Positions 1 through 8,775 of a stretch of 57,623 bases of DNA are shown here, piece by piece. Under the pieces are notes generated by a model, which was given only the letters and a program-made list of their open reading frames with translations, was not told the DNA's origin and made no database searches. This DNA is from a virus. The position numbers were made by a program, and so were the translations under genes. How positions within the stretch are numbered: the stretch's first letter is position 1; every line of letters starts with the position of its first letter. The stretch spans positions 1-57,623 of the IMG/VR virus record IMGVR_UViG_3300048915_000124; one strand, written 5' to 3'.

Positions 1-31
1 GGCCCCGTTCGGGAACCGGGCCGGGCCCGCC
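1..31. repeat. 31-bp terminal sequence identical to 57593..57623 (end overlap of a circular or circularly closed assembly)
   Basis: ggccccgttcgggaaccgggccgggcccgcc occurs at both window ends. It lies inside a hairpin that is only complete when the ends are joined. Confidence 0.95.
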
Positions 32-192
32 GCCAGGATTGCGGTTACGCAGCGTTGACAGGATTGGTCACCTGCGCGCAAGATGGCCATGGAAGACCCT
101 GCCTATGTGCGGGGTTTCCTGCGTTTTCCGCTTACTTTGCGTGATGTTCGACGCCTGGACCTCGCGTCGCCGACCGGCCTTGGGGAGTTGCC

Positions 193-381
193 GTGCGGTT
201 GATCGACAGGTTTCCGCCGGGGTATGTGACGCCGGCCCCGGACGGGTTTTACTGCTGTGTGATCCGTGGTTGTGCGGCGCGGTTGCATGAGGTCGGGGTG
301 GTGTGCCCGGTGCATGACGATGTGACGCCGGGGGATCTGCGTCGTGATGTGCCGGCGCGGGCCTTGTGGCCCTGGCGCTGA
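193..381 (+). CDS. hypothetical small Cys/His-rich protein (62 aa)
   Basis: ORF track. Third codon positions are mostly G/C. CC..C...C..H pattern (FYCCVIRGCAARLHEVGVVCPVH). Confidence 0.4.
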   Translation: MRLIDRFPPGYVTPAPDGFYCCVIRGCAARLHEVGVVCPVHDDVTPGDLRRDVPARALWPWR

Positions 382-495
382 GAGTCTGCTCCGCCGGTGG
401 GTGTTGGCCCGTGCCTGCCACAACGAGGGCGGAGGTGGCCCCCGGAGCGGGGGGTCTGATCGAACGGGCTTCTTCTTCGGTTGAGGGGTGGGCGG

Positions 496-1344
496 GTGCA
501 GCGCACGATCGTCCGGGAGCGGATCCCGCGCACTGATCCCCGGCTGGGCAGGCACGTTCACCATGATTCGCTTTCGCGCGGGTACGCGTTCCGGGCGTCG
601 ACCCGCAAGCTCGCCAGCGTCCGGCATCCCCGCCGTGTCCCGGTGTTCGACCAGCTACGTCTCGGCTCGTGTGTCCCGAACGGCGGGGTCGGCTGTCTCG
701 GTACCGACCCGTTCTACGACGCGTTGCGGTCTCGGGTGACGTGGACGGAGGCGGCGTGTCTGGACTTCTACCGGAAGGTGACCCGCGCGGATCCGTGGCC
801 GGGCCAGTGGGAGCCGACGGACACCGGGTCGGACGGGTTGTCGATGGCGAAAGTGTTCACCGCCGACACCCTGATCTCCGGCTATCTCCACGCGTTCACG
901 TTTGCCGACGCGCTCGCCGCGTTGGCGGACCGGCCGCTCATCACCGGTGTCAACTGGTACGACTCGATGTTCGACCCGACCGCCGAGGGGGAGGTCCGGG
1001 TCACGGCCGGCGCGTCGGTGGCCGGCGGTCACGAGTTCGTGGTCGACGAACTGGACATGGAGCGGCAGCGGGTGTGGGCGACGAACTCGTGGGGCACGTC
1101 GTGGGGGGTGTCTGGCCGGTTCTGGTTGTCGTTCGCGACGTGGACGCGGCTGCTCGGTGAGGATGGCGATGTGACGGTGTTCGTGCCGGTCACTGATCCG
1201 CCGCCGGCACCGCCGCCGTCTCCCGCAGACCCGGACAGGACCCTCGCCGCGGCGGTCCGCGGGTGGGCGTCGGCCCGGCACGTCGGCGGAAACGCGGCCG
1301 CGGCGAAGGCGGTCCGGGCGTGGATCGCCGCGAAGGCGCTGTGA
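496..1344 (+). CDS. papain-like (C1-type) cysteine peptidase
   Basis: Motifs in papain order: VFDQLRLGSCVPNG (Cys), GGHEFVV (His), NSWGTSWG (Asn-Ser-Trp). GTG start at 496 follows GAGGGG; the ORF track starts at 481. Confidence 0.7.
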   Translation: MQRTIVRERIPRTDPRLGRHVHHDSLSRGYAFRASTRKLASVRHPRRVPVFDQLRLGSCVPNGGVGCLGTDPFYDALRSRVTWTEAACLDFYRKVTRADPWPGQWEPTDTGSDGLSMAKVFTADTLISGYLHAFTFADALAALADRPLITGVNWYDSMFDPTAEGEVRVTAGASVAGGHEFVVDELDMERQRVWATNSWGTSWGVSGRFWLSFATWTRLLGEDGDVTVFVPVTDPPPAPPPSPADPDRTLAAAVRGWASARHVGGNAAAAKAVRAWIAAKAL

Positions 1345-1345
1345 C

Positions 1346-1690
1346 ATGAGACTGTTGTGTCTGGCGTGCGGCGCCGAGAGTGTCATCACGGAAGGCGCGA
1401 GCGTTCCCGGTTGCCCAGAGTGCGGCGACCGTCAAGGCATCCCAGCGGACCTCGACGACACAGTGGACGTCCACATCAGTAAGCACGAGCTTCGGATTCT
1501 GACCATGTGGGCGGACAACCACGCCCGGTCGATCAAGATGCCGCACGTGACCCGGATCATCCTCGACCGTCTCGGCACGCAGACAGATGCCCCGCTCACG
1601 CTTGGCCAGGAGATCGCCGACGTTCGCGCGGCGTTCCCTGACGCCGAAATCCGGGTCTACGACGATCACGGCAACGAGCAGGACTTGTGA
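1346..1690 (+). CDS. hypothetical zinc-ribbon protein
   Basis: N-terminal CLAC...CPEC. ATG lies 2 nt after the previous stop. Coding-like composition. Confidence 0.65.
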   Translation: MRLLCLACGAESVITEGASVPGCPECGDRQGIPADLDDTVDVHISKHELRILTMWADNHARSIKMPHVTRIILDRLGTQTDAPLTLGQEIADVRAAFPDAEIRVYDDHGNEQDL

Positions 1691-2235
1691 TGCCCGACCC
1701 GGCTGTCGACATCGGCGACGTGCTGCTCGTACGGATCACCACGGGTGGTCTGCTGTCGCGGGTCGCGTCGCGGGCGATCCGGTTGGGCGCGGCGGTACGG
1801 GACGAGCCGAACGTGTGGAACCACGTCATCGTCGCGCATCACGTAGATGAACACGGCACGTTCTGGGGCATGGAGGGCCGTCCGGGTGGGGTCGGGCCGG
1901 TCGATCTGACTCCCTGGTTGCGCAATCCGTGGACGTTGACGAACGCGGCGCAGCCGAAGACCGTCGGGCAGCGCAACGAGATCGCCCTGGCGGTGGCTGC
2001 GGCTGATCAGCGGCCGTACGACTGGGTCGGCATCGCGGTCGACGCGGGGCGGGCCGTTGCGCCGCTATGGAAGATGCGGGACTGCTGGGGTCCGGGCATC
2101 CCCTGCCACGTCGTGTGCTCGTCCCTCGCCGATTGGGCGTATGAGCGGGTCGGGTTGGCGAGCCCGGCGGCGGACCGTTTTTGCACACCGGCGGATTGGG
2201 CCGGGTTCGTGGAGACGCGTGGATGGGAACCGTAG
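1687..2235 (+). CDS. permuted papain-fold amidase (Peptidase_C92 / YiiX-like, NlpC/P60 superfamily)
   Basis: GDVLLVR...WNHVIVAH (His) precedes CHVVCSSLADWAYE (Cys), the permuted His-then-Cys order of YiiX-like enzymes. ATGA overlap with the upstream gene. Confidence 0.55.
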   Translation: MMPDPAVDIGDVLLVRITTGGLLSRVASRAIRLGAAVRDEPNVWNHVIVAHHVDEHGTFWGMEGRPGGVGPVDLTPWLRNPWTLTNAAQPKTVGQRNEIALAVAAADQRPYDWVGIAVDAGRAVAPLWKMRDCWGPGIPCHVVCSSLADWAYERVGLASPAADRFCTPADWAGFVETRGWEP

Positions 2236-2297
2236 TGACGCAGCTGGTTCGGGTGCCGCAGGTCCCGGGGTAGCTGGCGTCCGGTCGGGGTTGAGTC

Positions 2298-2819
2298 GTG
2301 GCACTGCCGCAGCCGAATCCCGGGTCCGACTGGACCGTGGAGACGTTGCGGCAGCACCTCGTCGAGTTGGTCGCCACGAACACCCGCCTGATCGCGGCGC
2401 AGGCGCAGGCCGCGCAGGAACTCCGCGCCGCAGACCAGCGGTTCGAAGACGAGCGGGACCGGCGCTACACCGAGGTCAAGAACGCGGAAGAGAAAGCGCT
2501 GCGGATCAAAGAGCAGGCCGACCGGGACGCGTTGATGCTGGCCCGGGAGATCCAGACCTACAAGGACGAGAAAGCCAACGAACTCCGCTCGCAGATTGAG
2601 CGGGAGCGCGGGAACTACGCGAGCCGCAGCGATCTGATGAACCTGGCGGAACGGTTCGAGGCGATGTTGAAGCCGGTGTCGGACTACGTCGCGGTGGCGC
2701 AGGGCCGGCAGGGTGGCCACGCCGACTCGACCCGGAACCTGGTGACGGTGATCGGGTTGGTGTTGACGGCGGTGACGGTGGTTGTCGGTATCTACCTCGC
2801 GACCCACCGGGGGGGTTAG
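2298..2819 (+). CDS. coiled-coil protein with C-terminal transmembrane anchor
   Basis: Long charged heptad-like region (EDERDRRYTEVKNAEEKALRIKEQADRD...) followed by LVTVIGLVLTAVTVVVGIYLA. Confidence 0.6.
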   Translation: MALPQPNPGSDWTVETLRQHLVELVATNTRLIAAQAQAAQELRAADQRFEDERDRRYTEVKNAEEKALRIKEQADRDALMLAREIQTYKDEKANELRSQIERERGNYASRSDLMNLAERFEAMLKPVSDYVAVAQGRQGGHADSTRNLVTVIGLVLTAVTVVVGIYLATHRGG

Positions 2820-3016
2820 TCGTCGGGGTCGATGGCCGGTCGGGGTCGCGGCTCCGGTGTGTACAGCACCGCGCAGATGGGGCATTCGAGGCCCTGCCGG
2901 GTCATCGGTGACCGGGCGAGCAGGTCGACGTACCACAGGCCGTCGGCGTTGGGGCATGGGCCGACCGGGTGGCGCAGTTCGACGAGGTTCGGGTTGCGGC
3001 GTTCGACCTGTGTCAT
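2816..3016 (-). CDS. hypothetical small Cys protein (66 aa) on the opposite strand
   Basis: Internal ATG of ORF 2816..3094, preceded by GGGAG. Nearly every codon ends in G/C (MTQVERRNPNLVELRHPVGPCPN...CPIC). Its stop overlaps the stop of the convergent gene 2298..2819. Confidence 0.6.
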   Translation of the reverse strand: MTQVERRNPNLVELRHPVGPCPNADGLWYVDLLARSPMTRQGLECPICAVLYTPEPRPRPAIDPDD

Positions 3017-3086
3017 CAGGGGGCTCCCACGGGGTCCGGGCGGGGCTCGTCCGACCATGGTAAGTGCGTTCGGAGGCGAACATGTC

Positions 3087-3257
3087 ATGTGCACCCGGAA
3101 TGGTTGCGCGGTGTGCCGCAGGTTGACCGGGCCGCAGTTGACGATCGCGTATCAGCGGATCACCCGGAACATGTTCGGGCCGGGTGATCTCGAATATCTG
3201 CGCCGGGTTGAGGGCTGTTATGAGGTGCCGGTGATCGCGGCGTACCGGGAGCGGTGA
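3087..3257 (+). CDS. hypothetical small Cys protein (56 aa)
   Basis: ATG at 3087 lies 10 nt after GGAGG. MCTRNGCAVCRRL... Stop overlaps the next start (GTGA). Alternative ATG at 3057. Confidence 0.5.
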   Translation: MCTRNGCAVCRRLTGPQLTIAYQRITRNMFGPGDLEYLRRVEGCYEVPVIAAYRER

Positions 3258-4846
3258 GGGTGACGGATCGGCGGCGGGTGTTGGGGATGGCCGCCGGGTT
3301 GGGTGCCGCACTGCCTCAGGTGTTGCGCCGCCGGCCGGCTGCCGTGAACCGGGTGGTGGCAGAGAACGCGTTGCCGGGTGCGTCGCCGGAGGAGTGGCAG
3401 GTCGACGGGGTCGGTGATCCCACGGTGTTGGGGTTCGCCACCCCGTTCAGTGTGGCGGCTGGGCGGCGGGTGACGTTCCTGGTCGACGGCTCAGCGGACG
3501 TGGTCGACGTGTACCGGCTCGGCTGGTACGGGGGTGCCGGCGCCCGGTTGCACGCCCGGTTGTGGAACTGGGCGACGGTCCAGCCGCCACCGGTGGTCAT
3601 CCCGGGGAGTAACGGGGCGGTCGAGTGTGTCAACTGGATGTCGACCGCCGGGTGGGATGTGCCGTTCGGCACCGTGTCGGGGGTGTTCGTCGCCGTGGTG
3701 CGTGGCCGGTCCGGTGGCCGGTCGCACATCCCGTTCGTGGTCCGCAACGACCGGCGGGCCGCGGTGGTCGTGAAGACCTCCGACGCGACGTGGCAGGCGT
3801 ACAACGACTACGGCGGGCCGGGCGAGGCGTGGAATCGGGGTGCGACGCTGTACGGGGTCGGTGATGCGTTCACCACGGACATCGACCGGGCGTTCGCGGT
3901 GTCGTGGGCGCGGCCGATCGTGCACCGCGCGAGCCGGCCGCAGACGGCCCTGTTCAACAGCGAGTACCCGTTGATCCGGTTCCTTGAAGAAGCCGGTGTG
4001 GATGTGCAGTACGTCGGCTGTCAGGACGTGGACCGGTCACCGGTCTGCCTGCGGCGGCGGGTGTTCGTGTCGTCGGGGCACGACGAGTACTGGTCGACGG
4101 GGATGCGCACCCATGTGGAGGCCGCCCGCGGCGCCGGCACCCATCTGGTGTTCGCGTCGGGGAACGAGGTCTTCTGGCGGACCCGCTTCACTGACGGCGG
4201 CCGGGTCATGTGGTGTTTCAAGGACACGATGGACGGCCCCACGGAAGGCCCGAACGCGGCGCCGGGGCATGTGGGCGGCACACCGCTGGACCCGGTGACG
4301 TGGACCGGGACATGGCGCGACCCGCGGCAGCCGGGCGGCGCCGACGGCGAGGACGGTTTGACGGGCTGCGAGTTCCGCATGAACGGCATCAACGATGTGG
4401 ACGCGCACGTGTCCGGGGCCCGGTTCGGGGCGTCCCCGTTCTGGCGCGGTACCGCGGTGGCGGCCGGCGCGGACGTGACCCTGCCGGCGGTGGTGGGGTT
4501 TGAGGCCGACGAGGTCGCCGCGCCCGGTGTGGTGCTCGCCGACACAGTGGTCAACCTGGCCGGCAGCCGCGCGGACGATGCGGGGCAGCGTTACGACGGG
4601 TCCGGGCCGATGCGGTGGGGCATCGTGGTACGCCGCGCGGCGTCCGGTGCGGTGACGGTGGGGTTCGGTACGTGCCAGTGGGCGTGGGCGCTGTCCGACG
4701 TGCATGACCGGCAACGCCCGCCGGTGTCTACGGCGGCGCGGCAGGCGACGCTGAACCTGCTCGCCGACATGGGTGCCCCGCCGGGGAGCGTGCCGCCCGA
4801 TCTGGTGGCGCCGGTGCCGTCGACGTGGGCGGCGTACGGACTGTGA
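3254..4846 (+). CDS. Tat-signal secreted protein resembling N,N-dimethylformamidase beta-subunit-like (DUF6605-type) proteins
   Basis: N-terminus TDRRRVLGMAAGLGAALP is twin-arginine-like. Internal VVKTSDATWQAYNDYGG and VDVYRLGWYGG recall the DMFase large-subunit-like family. Confidence 0.5.
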   Translation: MRVTDRRRVLGMAAGLGAALPQVLRRRPAAVNRVVAENALPGASPEEWQVDGVGDPTVLGFATPFSVAAGRRVTFLVDGSADVVDVYRLGWYGGAGARLHARLWNWATVQPPPVVIPGSNGAVECVNWMSTAGWDVPFGTVSGVFVAVVRGRSGGRSHIPFVVRNDRRAAVVVKTSDATWQAYNDYGGPGEAWNRGATLYGVGDAFTTDIDRAFAVSWARPIVHRASRPQTALFNSEYPLIRFLEEAGVDVQYVGCQDVDRSPVCLRRRVFVSSGHDEYWSTGMRTHVEAARGAGTHLVFASGNEVFWRTRFTDGGRVMWCFKDTMDGPTEGPNAAPGHVGGTPLDPVTWTGTWRDPRQPGGADGEDGLTGCEFRMNGINDVDAHVSGARFGASPFWRGTAVAAGADVTLPAVVGFEADEVAAPGVVLADTVVNLAGSRADDAGQRYDGSGPMRWGIVVRRAASGAVTVGFGTCQWAWALSDVHDRQRPPVSTAARQATLNLLADMGAPPGSVPPDLVAPVPSTWAAYGL

Positions 4847-4864
4847 CGAATGAAGGGGTTTCCG

Positions 4865-5023
4865 ATGTTCGCGCTCGTCGCGTTGCTGTGTTTCGTCCTG
4901 GCGTTGTTCCACGTTCACCTTGGGTCGGTTGACCTGGTGGTGCTGGGGTTCGCGTTCGTCGCTCTGCACCTGTTGTTCGGCGGGCATGTGTGGGGCCCTG
5001 ACCGGCTCATCCACCGGGGCTGA
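4865..5023 (+). CDS. small two-TM membrane protein (52 aa; below the ORF-track size cut-off)
   Basis: ATG follows GAAGGGG. MFALVALLCFVLALFHVHLGSVDLVVLGFAFVALHLLFGG...; G/C-rich third positions. Confidence 0.5.
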   Translation: MFALVALLCFVLALFHVHLGSVDLVVLGFAFVALHLLFGGHVWGPDRLIHRG

Positions 5024-5037
5024 GGGGCGGGGACCTG

Positions 5038-5346
5038 ATGCGTGTCCAGCTGGGGAACCCGGCGGCGAAAGAGGCGTATCTCAACGACGAGGGCGAGTTG
5101 CGGCACCGGCCGGTGGAGGGTGCCCGGGTCACGACGGTGGTCATTCCCGACACCTATTCGCTGTTGGAGGCGGTGACGGCGGTGTGCGCCCATGACGGGG
5201 TGTGGAACCACCACTCGCAGGGCGACGCCGTGATGGACACGCTGCCGGACTGGGTGGAGTCCGACAACGAGGCCCTCGCGTTGGTCCTCTCCCAGCAGTT
5301 CGGCTGCAAGGTCGGGCGCCCGGCGAAGTGGAAGGGGCTCGGCTGA
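5038..5346 (+). CDS. hypothetical protein
   Basis: ORF track. ATGA coupling to the next gene. Coding-like composition. Confidence 0.6.
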   Translation: MRVQLGNPAAKEAYLNDEGELRHRPVEGARVTTVVIPDTYSLLEAVTAVCAHDGVWNHHSQGDAVMDTLPDWVESDNEALALVLSQQFGCKVGRPAKWKGLG

Positions 5347-5984
5347 TGCTGGTCAACTCGGGTCGCGATCTGCAGTCGCAGACGATGGGCGGGGACATCA
5401 CCGCGTTCGTCGGGACCGCGACTGCCACGTCGGCAACGTCGTTGACGGTGGCGTCGGGGTTCGTCGCGTCGGCGTACATCGGGAAGATCGTGGTCGCCGG
5501 GACCACCCCCGGGACGGCGGTGTACGCGGTCATCACGGCGAACTCGACGACCGTGTTGACGGTCGACCGGTGGTACAACCCGCTCACCCCGGGCGGTGCG
5601 GCAGCGACCACGCCCAGCGCGACGACGACGTTCATCATCATGCCGGGCGGCGCCCCGACCGCGTTCATGGGGTTGACGGCGAACGCGACCGCGCCGGCCC
5701 TGACGGACACGACCCTCGCGACGGGTGGCGGCGCGGAAATCGTGACCGCTGGGCTGATCCGCAAAATCGCGGTGTACGCCCACACGGCGGGGGTCGCGTC
5801 GTACACGCAGACGACGGTGTTCACCGCGCAGGCCGGTGATGTCCCGGTAACGGTCGCAAAAATGGGCACATTCAACTCGATTACCGGCGGAATCATGTCG
5901 TTTGAGACGCTGTTGAACGCGACCGCGACCCTTTCGGCGGCCGGCGACGTGTTGACCGTGACCGACACGGTGACGACGAGCTAG
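5346..5984 (+). CDS. Thr/Ala-rich structural-looking protein (212 aa)
   Basis: Internal ATG of ORF 5202..5984 overlapping the upstream stop (ATGA). Beta-rich T/A/V composition typical of virion surface proteins. Confidence 0.6.
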   Translation: MLVNSGRDLQSQTMGGDITAFVGTATATSATSLTVASGFVASAYIGKIVVAGTTPGTAVYAVITANSTTVLTVDRWYNPLTPGGAAATTPSATTTFIIMPGGAPTAFMGLTANATAPALTDTTLATGGGAEIVTAGLIRKIAVYAHTAGVASYTQTTVFTAQAGDVPVTVAKMGTFNSITGGIMSFETLLNATATLSAAGDVLTVTDTVTTS

Positions 5985-5993
5985 GGGCGTCGG

Positions 5994-6557
5994 ATGAGTC
6001 TCGGCTATATGCAGATGGTCCACACGGCGCAGGCCGCCGGCCCGTCCTCGACGGCGGTCGGCCCGGCGACGTTGCTGCCCGGTGCGGCGTTGTACACGTT
6101 TGCCCCGGACACGTTCGACGACCTCGGCCACATGCTGATCATTGAAGCGTCCGGCCGGATCTCGAACGTGGTCACCAGCCAACCGACGTTCAAGTTCTCC
6201 GTGTTTTTCGGGGCGACCAGCATCTTCGACACGGGCGCGATCCTCACGTCGACGACCGCGCACACCACCGTCCCGTGGTATCTGCGGATCATGTTGACGT
6301 TGCGGGCGAACGGCGCGACCGCGAACTTCATGGGGCAGGGCATCGTCGCGTCCCGCGCGTTCATCGACCTCGGCGCGACGACCGACATCACCACCAGCGG
6401 TCACCCGTTCCTGCTGGGTCCGGAGGGCACCCCGACGGTGGGCGCGAACTTCGACTCGTCCGCGAGCCAGAAGGTCGACTTGCAGTACACCCTGTCGGTC
6501 GCGACGGCCGGGAACCTGATCCAGTTGGAGCAATATTCGTTGATCGACTGCAACTGA
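5994..6557 (+). CDS. hypothetical structural-looking protein (187 aa)
   Basis: ORF track. Beta-rich composition with no enzymatic motifs. Confidence 0.6.
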   Translation: MSLGYMQMVHTAQAAGPSSTAVGPATLLPGAALYTFAPDTFDDLGHMLIIEASGRISNVVTSQPTFKFSVFFGATSIFDTGAILTSTTAHTTVPWYLRIMLTLRANGATANFMGQGIVASRAFIDLGATTDITTSGHPFLLGPEGTPTVGANFDSSASQKVDLQYTLSVATAGNLIQLEQYSLIDCN

Positions 6558-6568
6558 GGGGGTTGGCG

Positions 6569-6901
6569 ATGGGGCAGCCGAGGCGGATTCCCGGCAACGT
6601 CACCGCGAACCCGTGGGAGTACCGGGCGGAGGACTACCAGGGCAACGCCATCTCCATCACGTTTCCGTGGGACAACACGACCCGTGCGTTGACCGGGGCC
6701 ACCGCGACCCGCGACGTGGGGTGCGTGTACGACGTGATCTATGTGGGGTTCGGCGCTGACGGGAAGGTCGAGTCCTCCACACGGAAGATCAGTCTCAAGA
6801 ACTTCACCGGCTCCAAGTCGTTCACCGCCACGCAGTTGGCCGCCGTCGGCCTCAACACGATCGACGACATCCTTTCGTTGCAGATCACCGCCGCCACGTA
6901 A
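6569..6901 (+). CDS. hypothetical protein (110 aa)
   Basis: Internal ATG of ORF 6275..6901 preceded by GAGGGGG. MGQPRRIPGNVTANPWEYRAEDYQG... Confidence 0.55.
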   Translation: MGQPRRIPGNVTANPWEYRAEDYQGNAISITFPWDNTTRALTGATATRDVGCVYDVIYVGFGADGKVESSTRKISLKNFTGSKSFTATQLAAVGLNTIDDILSLQITAAT

Positions 6902-6914
6902 CGGCGGATAACCG

Positions 6915-8774
6915 GTGACCCTCTCGGTTGATGCGTCCAGCCCCGCCGCTGTTCAAGGGCTCACCACCACCACCTCCACCGCGTCGTTCACCCCACCGGC
7001 GCATTCCTCGATCGTCGCGTTTGTCATGTCGGACGCGGGGGGTGGGCAGACCGACGAGGCGTGCACCGTCGCTGGTGGTGGACTGACCTGGGCGTTCGCG
7101 GACCGCAACGACGGCTCCCCCGGCGCGAACGTCGAAGTATGGTCGGCGACCTGCGAAGCGTCCCCGGGCGCGATCACTGTTGACGTGACCGACAATTACG
7201 GTGCGGTCGCGAAACGGGTCTTCGTCCGGGTCTTCGTCGACTCGAACGGGGCCACGCCGGGCGGGATCGGCGCGCACACCAACGGTGGGAACACCGTCAT
7301 CAGCCTGAACTACGTGTCGACCGTGGCCGGGTCGTGGGGTTGGTCGGTGTGGCTGGGGTCCACCGGACCCGCCGCCGGCACCAGTCAAACGCTCGTCGAT
7401 TCGACCAACGGCACCGGCCCGGACGGCGACTCGACCGCTGTGGAGCAGCAGAACGCTGTCACCGCAACGGCCGGGACGACCGTCACGAACAGCATCGTGC
7501 AGTCCACCCTCCACTCCGTCTCGGTGGAGGTCCTACCGGGGGTCGTGGCTGGCGGGGCGTGGGTGCCGCAACGCCCTCGTGCGTTCGCCCCCGGGTTCCA
7601 TCCGGGCCACCCGTCGTTCCTGCTGTCGCGCCGCTCGTTCGTCGAGTCGGCGACCGGGCCGGCGAACCTGTTCGGCGACGCCGCGGACACCGCGTCGGCG
7701 ACGGATGCCGCGACCCGCACCTTGACCACGGCCCGGTCGGCGGCGGAGACGGCGCAGGCCCTCGACGCCGCTGTCCGCGGGTTGACGCAGACCCGCAGCG
7801 CCAGCGACGCGGCCGTCGCGACCGACGCGGCGACCCGGCCGGCGGCTGCGAGGTCCCGCACCGCCACCGACACCGCGGCGGCCACGGACGTAGCGGGTCG
7901 GGTCGTTCAGGTCACCCGGGCCACCACGACCGCCGCGGCGGCCACCGACGTGGCAGTGCCCGCGCCGAGCAGGTCCCGCACCGCGGGCGACACCGCCGCC
8001 GCGACTGACGTAGCGGCCCGGGCCGCGTTGAGCCTGGCCCGCACGGCCACCGACACGGCGACCTCCGTCGACACCGCGATCCGCACCGGTACCCGCACCC
8101 GCACCACCAGCGACACCGCCAGCGCGACCGACACCGCCACCCGCGCGCTGACCGTCGCCCGGTCCACGACCACCGCAGCGGCCGCCACCGACACGGCGAC
8201 CCGCGCTGCGGCGAGCAAGTCCCGGACCACCGCGTCGACGGCGGCGGCGACTGACGCGGCGGTCGGGGTGTTGAGCGGCGGCACCAGCCAGTCCCGCACC
8301 GCCGCCGACACGGCGAACGCCACCGACACCGCGACCCGGACGAACCCGCAGACCCGCACCGCCACGGACACGGCGCAGGCTGTCGACGCAGCGACCCGGA
8401 CCGGCACCCGCAGCAGGACGACCGGGAGTACCGCAGCGGCGACCGACGCGGCGGTCAAGACGTTCATCCGGCTGCCGTTCCGGACCACCACCTCACCGGC
8501 CACCGCGAGTGATGTAGCGACCCGCGCGGCGCTGGCGTTCGTCCGGTCGGCGGCCGACACGGCGACCTCCGTCGACACGGCGACCATCGTGTTCGCCCCG
8601 GTTGTCACGGGGGTTCCGCTGGTCGGGGTCGGCGCGTCAACGACGGCGGGCAGTGTCAACGCGGCGACCTCGACTGGTGGGCTCGGTGTGGCCACGACGG
8701 TGGGCAGCCTCGACGCGGCCACCGTGGCGGGTGGTGTGGTCGCCGGGACCGCCGCGACCGGGGTGGCCGGTTGA
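6915..8774 (+). CDS. fibre-like protein: globular N-domain plus about 15 Ala/Thr/Asp-rich repeats
   Basis: 619-aa ORF. The N-terminal ~210 aa are beta-rich. They are followed by a periodic ...RT(A/T)xDTAxAxDxAxR... unit of ~19-20 aa and a Gly/Val/Ala-rich tail. Confidence 0.65.
   Translation: MTLSVDASSPAAVQGLTTTTSTASFTPPAHSSIVAFVMSDAGGGQTDEACTVAGGGLTWAFADRNDGSPGANVEVWSATCEASPGAITVDVTDNYGAVAKRVFVRVFVDSNGATPGGIGAHTNGGNTVISLNYVSTVAGSWGWSVWLGSTGPAAGTSQTLVDSTNGTGPDGDSTAVEQQNAVTATAGTTVTNSIVQSTLHSVSVEVLPGVVAGGAWVPQRPRAFAPGFHPGHPSFLLSRRSFVESATGPANLFGDAADTASATDAATRTLTTARSAAETAQALDAAVRGLTQTRSASDAAVATDAATRPAAARSRTATDTAAATDVAGRVVQVTRATTTAAAATDVAVPAPSRSRTAGDTAAATDVAARAALSLARTATDTATSVDTAIRTGTRTRTTSDTASATDTATRALTVARSTTTAAAATDTATRAAASKSRTTASTAAATDAAVGVLSGGTSQSRTAADTANATDTATRTNPQTRTATDTAQAVDAATRTGTRSRTTGSTAAATDAAVKTFIRLPFRTTTSPATASDVATRAALAFVRSAADTATSVDTATIVFAPVVTGVPLVGVGASTTAGSVNAATSTGGLGVATTVGSLDAATVAGGVVAGTAATGVAG
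7680..8590 (+). repeat. in-frame degenerate tandem repeat (~57-60 nt unit) inside CDS 6915..8774
   Basis: Repeated ACCGACACGGCG / GCGACCGACGCGGCGACCCG-type strings. They create long spurious ORFs on both strands. Boundaries are approximate. Confidence 0.7.
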
Positions 8775-8775
8775 C

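Noticed and set aside
1-31. The 31-bp terminal repeat as genuine direct terminal repeats or att sites.
   Set aside because: It is very short, sits in the middle of a hairpin, and is far from the HNH/terminase cos-like region. An assembly overlap of a circular map is more parsimonious.
55-90. Promoter candidate: TTGACA (55..60) with CAAGAT 18 nt downstream.
   Set aside because: The -35 is perfect, but the -10 is poor and the spacing is long. A single hexamer match is not enough evidence for a feature call.
7680-8590. Possible CRISPR array or non-coding satellite, because of the periodic ~57-60-nt repeats.
   Set aside because: The repeats are degenerate and contiguous, with no unique spacers, and they sit in frame within a 619-codon ORF with a consistent amino-acid periodicity. 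This is a coding tandem repeat.
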